DNA of 64,000 bases. Source: Podarcis tiliguerta (Eukaryota). Numbering within the stretch: position 1 is the stretch's first letter; every line of letters starts with the position of its first letter. The translations under genes and the position numbers were made by a program. Where the stretch lies: the NCBI GenBank assembly GCA_965153285.1, contig OZ229117.1; one strand, 5' to 3'. The notes under the pieces were generated by a model. It saw only the letters and a list, made by a program, of their open reading frames with translations. It was not told the origin of the DNA and ran no database searches. Shown piece after piece: positions 22,701 to 34,859 of the stretch.

Positions 22701-25160
22701 TATGAAGATCTCACAAAGGCAGAAAGTATATGCTTGCATCAGTACATTCATCCAGAAACAAAGGAACCTATGCCCTTGCCTCAAGCCATATCCCTGGGAT
22801 TAGTCAGCTCAGATTTTCAAAACAATGTTCAAGAAATACAAGCCTCAACTGGAAGCCTATTTGACCCTGTTTCTGGCCAGAAGATTATATTGGCTAAAGC
22901 TGTGAAGGAAGGACTCTTGCCCAAAGCAGTTATGGAAAAGGCCATTGTATCCTCTGAAATGAAGCATGCAATAATTGATCCAGAGAGCTGTAGGTTGGTC
23001 TCCTATCCAGAACTGGTCAGGAAAAGCAAAATTGACATTGAGTCAGGGCAGAGATACTTGGAAGTTGTTCCATTTCGAGATCTCAAAGATGAAGTGACTG
23101 GGAATGTACTCTCATATCCACAAGCAGTTAAGCTTGGCAAGGTAGACCCCATGCTTGCATTGAGGTTGTTGCAGGCTCAAGCAGACACAGGTGGCATCAT
23201 GGAGACTTCAACTTGCCAAAGGTTGACACTGGCATCTGCTTTGGAGCGAGAAGTGCTAGATAAAGATACAGCTAAAGCCATTGCTGTTAATCAGCTCTTG
23301 GCTGGAGGAATTATTGGTACCAAGAGTGGAGAACGAGTGACGTTAAAAGAGGCCGCTGAGAGGGGATTAGTCAGTGAGGAATTAGCCAGCGCAGTTAAAG
23401 AAAGTGTTCCAATAAGCAACAATAGATCTGAATGTGAGAACCTGGAAGAACGTGAAGATCAGCAGCCTCAGCTGTTGCTGCAAAATGGGATCTCCATGTC
23501 TGAAGTGTTAGGCTTTTGTGAATATGCTGCTGAGAATCATGATGAGAAAGAGACTCCAGTGCCTTCAGCTATGGAGAGCAGCCTAACTGGTGATGCTGCT
23601 AACAACTCTTCAAAAGGGATTCAGGAGATGGCAAAAGAAGTGGTTGAATCAGTGCCAGCCTCCTTTCCTTTTCCTACTGCACTGGATAGTTTGGCTAGTC
23701 AGCTTTTAGCAGAAGGCAGGCTGGCACCTGAACTTGCCTCTATGTTAGACCCAGCTGATGCCCTGAAAGTTAAAGCCCAGAAAAAAAATATTAGGAGGGA
23801 AAGCAAGTTGAGAGGGAAAGAACTCCAGAAAGGCAAATTGGAAAAGCAAGTAGGAAACGATCAGGTGATTGAAAAGAAATTGGAAGGAATTGTGTCCCAG
23901 GAGGAGAAGTCTGGGATGAATGTGATGATGAACCAGACAATTAATGGGGACCAGGAACAAGACAAGAGATTTACCCAGGAAGAGAGTGATGCTGTAGCCA
24001 TTGTCCTCCAGAAGAAAGCTCAGGGTATCGTACACTTGGAACCTCTGGAGGTGTCAGCACCCAAGAAACTCAGTTCTGTAGGTCAGACGGAGGAAGAAAA
24101 TGATTTCATAAATTCTGAAGGACTTCCTGCAGTTGTAGAGCCCAAGAAACAGGCCTCTGATGAGCTGCTGTGTGCGGACATCAAGACTGAACTACCAAGC
24201 CCTGGATCTCAATTAAGACCCTCGGATCTTCTCACTTCAGAAAGTATTGACTTAAAAAGCACCAGGAAGAAGAAAACAAAAAAGAATAAAAAGCAGCCTG
24301 CTGCCCCAACAGAACCACTTAGGGTGTGTGACTCTTCCCAAGAAAGGCCATCCCCTCCTACCCCAGATTCCAAGGAAACTTTGATGAGAAGGATCAAGGA
24401 GGAGTTGGCCTCTGGGGTTCTAGAATCATTCCAGGAGAATATATCTGACAGGGTGACCAGCAGCCAGACCACAATAGAACAAGTGGAGGTTGAGAGACTA
24501 GATCCACAGGCATTTGGAAAAGAGAACAAGCAAGACAGAATTAAAGCAAACATCACAGATGATCAGAAAGTGAATGTTACCCCAAAGACAGATTCACCCA
24601 GAGAGTTAACAGAGCAAGAGACTAGAACTTATCAAGATTCCTTGGTAGAGGTAGATAATCTGGAAGAAAGTGTATCTCAAGAAAAGGCCAAAGAACCAAT
24701 TATCTCAAAGGTCCAAAAAGCTAATGTTACTACTAAGGTAGATGACACAGAATCCTCAGGGCCTTCTGCACTCAAGACAGAACCTGTGCAAAACAGAGAG
24801 ATCTTAGAGGACAAGATAAGTCATTATCATTCTGTGCCTTTGCTCAGACAAGAGGATGCTGTCCAGGAACTAACTAGAAACTATGGAAGTGCTGTTGCCA
24901 AAGGAGTGCCTGTGGATGCAGAAGCAGAAGAGATGTGGCACATTGGTTCTGTGGGAGACAAGAAAATGGAGCCAGAGGCACAGATGCTGCAAGACCAAGA
25001 GTTTCCAGAAAGCAAGAGGGATATTTCTAGGCAAAAACCACCTGTGCAAGACATTGAAACCTCAAAAACGACCAGACAAAGCAAGGATGCTGATGAACCC
25101 ACCTGTGTGGTTGAAGGCAGTGGGGAAGAGAGATGCCAAGATGCCCCCAAACTTGCCAAG
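19740..25160 (+). CDS. MACF1: MACF1 exon w15: giant 5,421-nt MACF1b exon with two plakin (plectin) repeat clusters (~19740-20890 and ~21955-23400) and low-complexity linkers
   Basis: Long pyrimidine tract ..ctcttcag|GGA; donor AAG|gtaggt; 1,807 codons, phase 0-0. Repeated plakin-repeat signatures such as LLEAQLFAGGIVDPKSGHRLTVDEAIRHNLID. The first 20 and last 53 aa of the track ORF are intronic read-through. Confidence 0.96.
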
Positions 25161-26589
25161 GTAGGTGGATTTATTAATCTCAGAGACATTTATTCATATT
25201 GTGAAGCTAGCTGGACAGCTGAAATGAAAGTATATCTCTTGAGCAGTGGTGTAGGGTGGGTTGGAGTGCACCTCTGGGACTCTCTCAGAGCAGCAACAGC
25301 ATCTACCAGAACACCAGGATAATTTATGGAGCCTCCTCACTCTGGTGAGTAAATGAGGCACTAATGAGGCTTTCAGGTTTGTGACAGATAAACATAGATG
25401 AAGTCAAGAACATGAGAAAAAATAAGCAAGAGGCTAAATGCTTCTCTCTTTCGACTTTATGCAAGCAGGTGAAATTGTGGCATTTTCCCTTTTGCCAAGG
25501 TGATTTGCATTCCTAGTGAAATGCTAACTGTTGCATTTCAGCTCCTGGAAGATGATGATGATGATGATTTTGCTGAAGCTTAGTATATTTTACCTGTTGA
25601 ATCTATGCAGTCAGGAGGGAGCATCTCTACATTTAAGGAGAGCTGACTCCCCAGGAAACTGTGGACATGATTGCAGTCACACTTATCTTGATGACTTGGG
25701 CATGGATGGCTCTGGGGGCTGCCATGATGCTCTTCAAATTCTACCACTACACCACTGCTCTGGAGGCCAGGTAGTCAACAGTGAAGGAGCAAGCTAAACC
25801 AGACCCCCTTCCCTCTGGTGCAGCCCTGCCTATGTCTTCCTTTAAAGTTGCCCAGCTTCAGGGAAGAGGGGCAGGTGGAGAGTTGGCTCTTTCCTCATCA
25901 TAGTTTGAAGCTTGACTTGCTCCCTAAGAGTGCAAGGAAGAGGAAGTTATATGCCCAATATATGTGATATAGTGGGTGGGGGAATAGGGTACCCTCCAGA
26001 TGTTTTAGACTCCAACTTCCATCAACCCAAACAAACATGGCCAATGCTCAGAGATTATGGCAGTTGGCTGCCCCTGAAATACAGCCTGAAAGTCAGAGGG
26101 GGGGAACCTCAAGTCTGCAGGCCAATTTAGGCCCACCAGGCAGCCCAGTCAGGCCTCTGCAGCTGTTTCTGGTCACACTACAAACTCTAGGCTTCACCTG
26201 ACACCACATGGTGTCAGGTGCCCTGTTGGTGTCATGAGGTGCTTGCTTGTATCAGGGGGTCTTTAGTGGATATGGTCCTGCCAGAAAGCATTTGGTGCCA
26301 AATGTAAGGATTTCTTAACCAGATGTTGGAAGGTTGATAGCCAGGTAGACTGGTGAGTCTCTCCTGGGAGAGAGTCTCAAGAAGACGGGCCACTATCAGG
26401 GAAACCTTACAATCTTTTCAGAAATTAATATTTTATTTAAAAAATGAATTCTGGCCCCACAAGAAATGCAGTTTTTAGATGAAATAAGCTAGAACCATGC
26501 AAATAGAAAAGTCCAAGATTGTTGTGCTTTGTCTGAATCCCTCTCCTATTCTGTCTAAAACCTGTGTTTTAATGCCTCTGACTCCATAG

Positions 26590-26739
26590 GCTCCACACAG
26601 CAAACAGCTTTGCCTCAGCTATGATGAGAAATTGGTTGTGCTCCTGTCCAGAGTGCGTGACATTGAGATGCGCATCCAGCGGGTTCAAGTTGCAGATCTG
26701 AGTTCAGCAGCGCTGCGGGAACTGCTTCGCCAGGCTGAG
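26590..26739 (+). CDS. MACF1: MACF1 exon w16 (b cassette; APHSKQLCLSYDEKLVVLLSRVRDIEMR..LRQAE)
   Basis: ccatag|GCT ... GAG|gtaaga; 150 nt. Confidence 0.9.
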
Positions 26740-27049
26740 GTAAGAGGAGTGGCTTTGGTTTTCACACCTAAAGGTCACTTTCCCCAGGGGGCTGGCCACT
26801 ATGGCAATTCCCTTTAAGCTCTGCCTGTAAGCTTCTTGGGGACTTCTGAAGAGTCTTGTGGCACCTCAAAAGGCTAACACATTTGTTAAGGTGTATGCTT
26901 TTGTGGACTACAGTCCACTCAATCAGATGAGTTACTGTTGCTGTTCATTCTTTTCACATCCTCTGTAGTTTTTGCAAAGTACTTTTTAGCCTTTGGTCTG
27001 ATCTACCCCTGTGATGTAGATGACACTAGGCGAATGAGGCTGAGAGAGT

Positions 27050-27051
<2 letters not shown>

Positions 27052-27083
<32 letters not shown>
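27052..27083 (+). repeat. (TG)16 microsatellite
   Basis: Visible directly. Confidence 0.95.
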
Positions 27084-27084
<1 letters not shown>

Positions 27085-27411
27085 ATGCCAAAAGCTGTAG
27101 AAGGGAGTTCAGGACCATTGTGAGAATTGAACCCTGGTCTACACCCATACACCAGATTACAATTGTTGGTTTTCTTTTTTACTTGTACTGGATTGAACTA
27201 TTTGGACCAAATCTTGCTTCATGCTTGGACGATGACACATGTACAAGAGCTTCTTGGGTTCTGCTGCTTGGACAGGATTACCATGACCTGAAAAGAGTTG
27301 AGAAGCCTTAACAGCAGACAGGAGGAGCGTGAGGCTCAAGTTCGTTCCAGCCTTGGCAGGACCATTTGTCTTGCTTAGATGTCTGCTTATAGGTACCCTT
27401 TTGCCCCTTAG

Positions 27412-27627
27412 GCCTTGGACGCAGAGCTGAGGAACTTGTCAGCTCCAATGAATCAGGAGCTGGAGGCAGTGAAAGGGATTGTATCCAACCCTCCCTGGGA
27501 AGTCCCTGAGCAATTACTGAAGGCTTTGGAGAAAGATGCCAAGAACCTTCAGAAGTCTTTTGGCTCCGTCAGCGAGGCCCTGGACTCTTGGCTACTGAAC
27601 CTCCGTGCTGCGACAGAAGCAGAAAAG
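27412..27627 (+). CDS. MACF1: MACF1 exon w17 (b cassette; ALDAELRNL..EVPEQLLKALEKDAKNLQKS..EAEK)
   Basis: ccttag|GCC ... AAG|gtactg; 216 nt. Confidence 0.92.
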
Positions 27628-28877
27628 GTACTGCACTCCTTACAGCCTTCCTTTGGCAAGGAGGCTCCATGTTTGTTCAAAGAAGGTGCTTGCCGATTCT
27701 ATGGAAAAGCACAGGACCCACCCTTCCAGGGTCCTTCCAGGCGGGTGTTTATTGTGGGGTGACTGCTCCTTGCGCATGCAGGAGTTGTTGATTTTGCAGC
27801 ATCCACACATCATTGGCATCAAAATGCCAACCTGTCTTTCCCCCCATTTAATCTGGATCTATACTTTCTGGGGAAAATACAGTGTTAAAAAAGAATCCTG
27901 TTGCAATAGCCGAACAACCTTTTTTACAGTATTAAATTCCTGTCTGGAAGCAATCCATATTTTTCCTAGAAGGGGTAGAAAATGGGTCATTGTATGCAAG
28001 CAAAATGGAGCTGCAAAGGTCTCATGTCTGAATGCCCCCCCCCCCCCACACACACATTGCATAAGTGGAGGTTTGTTTTATTCATTCATTTCACAAAATT
28101 TATATACTACTTGATAGTAAAAATAGACCTCAAAGTGGTCTACAAAAATGATAAACAATAAAATTATCAATAAGAAAAATCAACAATTATGGACAGTAGA
28201 CTAAAAGCAGATTAATACTCACATCAACTTTCTAACTCTGTTTGTCCTTAATGTGCCGTTAAGAGCATAAGAATATAAGAACAGGCCTGCTAGATCACGC
28301 CTACACCATCTATTCCAGCATCCTGTTCTTGTTCTCTTTGTGGCCATCAGATGATTTGGGGAAAATGCCAAATAATTAAGTGATGTCCTGGGCCTCAACC
28401 GTACATTGTCCCACCTCTGAACACTGCTTGTGTGGAGTGTGTGCATCTGAGTTTCAGGGGCCACTTCATGTGACAGTTTTTGTGGGGGAAGATTCACCCA
28501 TGCATAATTCCCCCCCCCCTTGTTTTTCTTTTCTCTGTTCTCTTGCACAATGACTCCTCATGCAGCAATAGGAATTTCTTGCATACTGAAAAAGACTTCC
28601 TTTTTTTGCGTGCCCCCCCCAAGCATTGTTTAAAAAGCAGCTATTGCTACTGCTGCTATATGTGAGCCCATTCACAAGAGCTCTCCTACCACGTGGATCT
28701 TGAGGGGAGAGTCACCTTGTGGAGACACTTTCGCTTCAAGAATAGGCCAGAGTTTTGTGCCTGTCAGCTAAAATGCCAATATTTGTTAAGGTTTGGCATC
28801 TTTGGCTGACCTTGGTTTGCCCTTTTGTTCCTATTCTGGTTTTAATTATTATTTCTCTGTTGTTGTTTCATTTTGAG

Positions 28878-29027
28878 GCTGAAATCCTAGCGCAGCATGG
28901 GAAGCTGCAGGGCAGGCTCCAGGAGCTGCTGAGCTGGGCGTCTGACACCACAGAGTTACTCAACCATCTAGAGTCCCGCACTAAAACTGATGCCAGCAGC
29001 TTGAATTCCTGCCTCCAGAGCTACAAG
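28878..29027 (+). CDS. MACF1: MACF1 exon w18 (b cassette; AEILAQHGKLQGRLQELLSWAS..LNSCLQSYK)
   Basis: Unusual ttttgag|GCT acceptor, with an alternative in-frame cag ending at 28895; AAG|gtagtt; 150 nt. Confidence 0.85.
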
Positions 29028-30384
29028 GTAGTTGCCATAGCAACGTCCCAGGCTAAGCCTGACTGGGAGGGTGGCAACTTCCCACGGAGGGGGCTGGGAG
29101 TTCCTGGTTGTCCGCATGCTAACTAGGGGACCTATACTCTCTGCTGAGAGCACCCTTGGGACCAGTCACTTTGGGCCTTCTGCCTTGGCTCACTTCATTT
29201 CAACCATGAATGCAATTATCCTATCAGCTACTCAATATTTGTAAAAAAGGCATATGTTTAGGAAGTTGTCCTCGGTATTTACAAACTCATTCTGGGACCT
29301 TTCCAGCTCTGGAAACAACAGTAAACCACATGAGAATGGCCCTGCTGTATTGGATCATTGGTCTGCCTGGTTGAGAGTGTTGCTCCCTTATGGAGCCAGA
29401 TGCTTCAGGGTATTTCACAAACAGGGCTGTTATGGTGGTAGCCATTTCCTGCTAGTTGCTTGCCAGTGTCCTGACCACCAAAGGTTACCGTTATGGAAAT
29501 TCTGGTGGATGAATTAGGAGGGCCAGATTGAGGCTGGTAGGCCTCTTTTTTCTTCCCTCCACTTTTCTTCCATTGCCCTGAGTTGTCCTCCTTTCTCTCC
29601 TGTTTTTTTCCACCACCCCACACCTTTTGGCAAGATTCAAGAACTCTGCTTAGTGGAGACTCCTTGCTTGTCTAGACAAAGCTCCACCCCCACACACACA
29701 CACACCATGCGGGGGGGGGGGGGTCTGCATTATGATCTAAAAATGGATCTGTGGTAGCAATTAGCATCACCCATGCATTTTGCGCCAGTAGACATCACAA
29801 CCGTTTGTGCAACACTGTGAGTGTTGTAAGTTATAACCATTTATGGCTATGAATTGTGTAGTTTTATGATCTGGCATTTGAAAAAAACCCAAATATTTCC
29901 TCTTCTCTGCCTGGAGCTCTTGAGAGCTTTTTGTGGGTGTGTGGCATGCCTGAGTTTGCAACTGGCTCCTCCCAAGATAATATGACTGGGAAGCCAGACC
30001 TTAAGCTATATGACCTGCCAGCCAATTCCTTTCCACTTAGAACAGCCTTTGCCAATCTGGTGCCCTCCAAATGTTTCAGACTACAACTCCCATCAGCCCC
30101 AGCCAACGTTGGTTTGACTTAGAATGTAACATTGCCAGGCATTTTTTGTTTTTCTGGGTGATGGGAAGCTCCCCAGGGAAGGGTGGGCGGGGTTTAGTTT
30201 CTTTGGGATGGGAAGGGAAACCAGACTACACCCTGAAGTCTTAGGGTGTAGTTGTAATGTATATTTTAAGATATAACAAATGTAAGGAGAGCATTTGAGA
30301 AGCAAACCAAGACTTCTGCATCAGGCTGCAATTCCACATTAGGTTCCCATGGAGAAAGAGCTTGCACCCTGGGGTGTCTCTAAA

Positions 30385-30789
30385 GTTGTGTGGGGAAAAT
30401 TGATTTCACTTCTCATTTAAAGGCAAACCTACCAGCTATGCACGTCCTGAAACAATATGTGAACTGAAATTCACACGTCTCCGAATTTTGTGTTCCTTTC
30501 CAAGCAAGAAATTAGTACAGAAATGCATATACTAGGGGAATGCATACATAAATGCATATATTAATGAAAATAACACATTAAAATGCTCTATATAAGGGGG
30601 AAATAGCCTGCAAAAATATGTTTATTGGGCAAAATTACATAACAAAAATGTGTGTAATTGAAGTGTATGCTAAAATGCTGTTTAATTTTCATTAGGACTT
30701 AAAAACCACACACAATCCGGTGCAAAAATGTGAATGGGAAAAATAAGAAACTGAGAGAAACTGAAATTGACAGACTGACCCATCCTTAG
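30385..30789. mobile_element. Unclassified AT-rich interspersed repeat (DNA-transposon-like)
   Basis: Internal aaatgcatata repeats; ends ..catccttag; similar fragments at ~17120-17290 and ~40170-40295. Confidence 0.4.
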
Positions 30790-31086
30790 GTGCTTCACCT
30801 TCATCCACTCACAAATTCATGGTGTGTGAGAGACAGAGGGGCAGAGAATGAATTCAGACTGGCTCTGAGCTATTTCTCTGCCCTTCTCCCTAGCTCTAAG
30901 TGTGTCAATTTCAGGCTATCGGGGAAAGCTTCCTGCCCCGATGAAGGACCATCAAGCCTCTTTTGTTTTAAAGTCTCTGGTCACTTGGTCATTCAAGCAG
31001 GTGAAACTTGCAAAGGTATCCTGCGGGTGACTGAAGTCTCAGAGTGGCTACATTTTCTCCCTCTTCCCCTCTCTTGACATGGCCAG

Positions 31087-31314
31087 GAGCTGAAAAGGCC
31101 CCTTGCAGATACCAAAGCTCAGCTTGATGCAACAGCCCTTGACATTCAGTTCTTCATTTCTGAGCACGCTCAAGACTTGTCCCCGGAACAAAGCAGGCAG
31201 CTGTTGAGGCTGCTGAACGAGCTGCAGACATCCTTCCGGGAACTTTCAGAGAGGCTGGCCACCCGGGCAGAGGTCCTTCAGGTCTGTCTCCAGCAAGCGG
31301 AGCAGACAGATCAG
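31087..31314 (+). CDS. MACF1: MACF1 exon w19 (b cassette; ELKRPLADTKAQLDATALDIQFFISEHAQDLSPEQ..EQTDQ)
   Basis: ggccag|GAG ... CAG|gtgaca; 228 nt. A weaker in-frame donor after 31320 is possible. Confidence 0.88.
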
Positions 31315-33094
31315 GTGACAGTGGTGGAGTGGCAACCTCTTTGCTGTGTCGTATTTAACAGGGAGCAGAATGTGTGTCTTTTCCTCTTTAACCAAGCCGC
31401 CCTTCCTACAGTTTCTGTATGCATCCTTTTGCAATTAAGTTGTGGCATCATAGAGTGCGTCAGCTGCTGCTTCAAAGCAGAGAGATGCCTCATCTCTGTG
31501 TCTCTCTCCTTCCATCCTCCCTTTCACAGAGTGAGTCAGGACTCCAAATAGGTGGCTGTTCTAAGGGCAAATGGGGGACACCAGTTAAGCTGGTTTCTGT
31601 CATGGCGGTGGGGCTGAATCTTGCCTCTCAATTAGGAAGGCTAAAGTAATGACCTAGATGGAGCAAGAGGGGAGAAAGCGGAGCATTAAAAGCAACACAT
31701 TTGTGATTCAAGGGTTAGCCCAGGGTCTGGGGGACTTGTTGCTAACTGTGGTTTTTAGCTGTAATAGATGTGCGGATGCACAGTATGAGTGCAACAGGCA
31801 CAGTGGTCCAATTTTGCACATGAACAAGCAGTCCAGTTTTGCACATGAGCAAGCTTATTCTGCGGAACTGTGTCTGCTGTGCTCCTCACTTTGTTGAGTT
31901 AGGAGCAACAAACCATGAGCCCTGCTTTAATATGTTGTGCAAAATGCTGCTCGTGGCTTATTTATCTCCAAACAAGTCACGCTTAGTAAGCCAAGAGACT
32001 GAGCACCAAGCTTTGTTTGTAGAGGAACAAACCAGAAGTGCTGGTTTGTATGTTATGGTTTGTGGCAGGTAGGTGGAACCTTTGGCCTGCAAGTCTGTTT
32101 TCCTCCAGCCATGCCCACTTTTCTCTCACCTCCATCATCTGATTTCAGGTGTGTCAAGAAAAGCTGTGGGTACAAAGGGAGAACCTTTGGAAGCAGTGCT
32201 TGCTTTTGGTAACACTTTAAATTTTGGGTGGTTCCAACCTGCTGGTCAAAGGGGATCACCATTACCCATCCCTGGTTTAGGACTTGCCACAACACATGAA
32301 CATGGTGGAAATAGTGCAGAATACACAGTTGCACGCAAGGCCCACTCAGGGCTGCAGTTTAATCAAAACCACCTCCCCCCCCCCCCCGTTGTTGCTCTGA
32401 CTTTTCTCAGACAGGAGAAAGTCTTTTGTGAAAAATCAGTACAGTCTCTGCAAACATAGTTACCCTTCCAGCCCCTGTTCTATCTTATATTTAAGGAATG
32501 GGGTTTTGATATGCATACTGGTGTTTTAAAGGTGCCGGGTGCACTTGCCCTCTGTGTACTTTTACCAGCAGATATAAACACATTCTTGGTTACCCTCAAG
32601 CTTTCCTCACTTTAGCAGCCGAATTTTGATGCTGTTGTTAAATAATTGGGAGCAGAAATCCTCGCCAATCCATTGCAGATCATCCAAAGATCTACCCAGC
32701 AGGTCCTGTCTACCATTGCTTACCCCTGCCCTTTTTTTAGAAGACTATCCTTAGGAAGCATAAATATAAATGTGGAAGGATTGTGAGCTCAGCTCAGTTC
32801 TGGTGTTTAGAACCCACATCAGAGACACTCACAGGCTCCAGTTGGTGGATCTTTGGGTTTTAGCAAAGCACAAAATAGATTCAGCAAGCTTGAATTCTGC
32901 CCTTCACTGATCTAGAGAATGTAGAGTGAATATTCTAAGAACAGGAAGAATATCTGCTACTAAGACTCTTCTGTGCTTCTGAGTTCAGCAATGCATCCAC
33001 TTTGGCCCTTAAGAAGTGCACACAAGGATGCTCAATAAAGGTGTGCTTTTGCAGCCCCCATAACTGCATGCCCCTGCCTCTCTTTTTCCTTCAG

Positions 33095-33109
33095 ACACTG
33101 CTAATACAA
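33095..33109 (+). CDS. Candidate 15-nt microexon (TLLIQ)
   Basis: taac tgcatg cccctgcctctctttttccttcag|ACA CTG CTA ATA CAA|gtaagg; phase 0-0, matching both neighbours; no transcript evidence available. Confidence 0.5.
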
Positions 33110-34335
33110 GTAAGGTTTTGTTTAACAATTGTCCCCTTGTAATGTGTGCCTATTCTGCCTCTCTTCTTTTTGTGTATGTGTGTTTGTGTGTATTAACCGT
33201 TTTGCTTTGCCTTTTCAGATTCAGTGTGCTCCCATCCCTAATGCGAGAAGATCTTGTTATGCTGCTGAAGAGTGCTTTTTTAGCAGTGCTCTTTTCCCCT
33301 CTCCTCCTCCTCAAACTGCTTCTGTTATTTGGCTTAAGGAATGTCTGAAAATGAACAAAAAAAGCCCTGTTTTTCATTTGGCAGAAGTTTGTATGTTTTG
33401 ATCGTAAGGCACCAAGGGAAAGACAAATTGCACACTGGTTGAAAGAAGGATGGCCCAGGGTCACACATCATGCTCAATGACGCCCTATTTGCAGGACTCC
33501 CAAGAGGATAATCTGGGACTTGGTTTGGTGCAGTGTCCAAAATTCACTCACACTCACTCTGTCTCTCTTTATCTCTCCCACTGTTCCCAGAAATAACATC
33601 TTTTGGGTTTATAGCAGTTGTGCAAGGTCATTTAGCACAGCTTGTTATTCCCCAGGTATCTTTTGTTCTTGAGACTGGGATGCAAAAACAGGGCTTCAAG
33701 CAAAGGTTGGGTTAATTGCTTTCTAGCCCTGACAGCATAAGCCAGAATAACTGCCTCCATGGAAATGATTTATGTTTGGGTTCAGTGAATGTGTTTCTCC
33801 CCACCCCTCAGTGGGAGAAAGAGGCATGAAAAGTGTTACATTGGAATGCAAAAAAAATAATAATAAAAGATTTTGCAGGAAAGGTTTTCAAGGAGAAGAC
33901 CAGATTCTTCCTTCCTCCAATTTTCCTGCAAGAGCCACACAGATTTTGCCATCCATTTTCCCTCTGATAAGTCATCTTTCAAGGAAAAAGCCATCAGGTC
34001 AACATCAGTCCTTGATAAGTGGGCTGCTATATGGGAATAAGAGAGGGAATTGAAGGCAGAAGAAAGAACCTAGGTGGCAAATGATTCCATTTTAAACCAT
34101 ATACGCTTTGATGTGCCAGACAATGGACCTAAATGACCGTCTAGAGCAAAAGTAAAGGGTGAAGCAAGAGAGTGTGTGTGAGAGAGAGACGATGCCTCTT
34201 GCGAGCCATTGACTGCATCTGCTTAAGTGCTTTCTGTTTTGCAACTTGTTTGGCTTGCATTTGTGGTTTTAACAGTTGAATTGACAGGCATTAACAGGTG
34301 CTTTGTTTTTGTTAAACAATCCAAAATCTAAACAG

Positions 34336-34485
34336 ACACTTCAAGAACAGCAGGCAATACGCAGCCAGAAACTGGAGGAGTTGTGCACCTGGATGAACCA
34401 GGCTGAGCACAGACTGGTGGATCCACAGGGAGCAGCGAGGGAAGGGGACCTCTCTGTACTGCAACAGAGTCAGAGCGACGTTAAG
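34336..34485 (+). CDS. MACF1: MACF1 exon w20 (TLQEQQAIRSQKLEELCTWMNQAE..QSQSDVK)
   Basis: taaacag|ACA ... AAG|gtgaga; 150 nt. Confidence 0.9.
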
Positions 34486-34859
34486 GTGAGAACACAATTA
34501 CAGGAGGCTGGACCACTGCACTGTGTTTCCCTTGATGGAGCTGGTAGGCTAGGTGGCAAAACACATCTTATGACCAGGCTGGGTTGCTGGGTGTTTCTTC
34601 TTTCCACACTCCAGCATCTGCACTCATGTTTTGTTCTGTCTTTGTTACAACGCAAGGCGTGTGGCTTGTTTATTTGCTTTGTTTCATTTGTAACACACCC
34701 CTCAAGCTGGTAATCCCAGGGCAGAGTAGGTGCACCATATATAAAAGCAAACTAATAATTCAACAGTTCTAATAAAATCAACAGGACAGCATGAAATCTA
34801 ATCAGCATAATCTCTGAGATGGTCACTCTCTTTGCTGCTCTTTTGATTTCTGCCATTAG

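Noticed and set aside
20384-24556. Antisense ORFs of 100-200 aa opposite coding exons, here and at 56179 and 57686
   Set aside because: These are Ser/Leu/Phe-rich shadow frames expected opposite Glu/Lys/Gln-rich coding DNA, with no independent gene signals.
19680-25322. The 1,880-aa ORF as a standalone single-exon gene (epiplakin- or desmoplakin-like)
   Set aside because: It has a strong acceptor at 19739 and donor at 25161, is in frame with flanking MACF1 exons, and its ends are intron-like read-through with no nearby AATAAA after the stop.
29686-29723. G and C homopolymer runs (also ~28034, ~32374, ~47215, ~51988) as G-quadruplex elements
   Set aside because: Simple runs with uncertain sequenced length and no supporting context.
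34276-34297. 22-nt microexon (aacag|..cag|gtgctt)
   Set aside because: It is not frame-preserving and would leave a 38-nt intron, which is too short.
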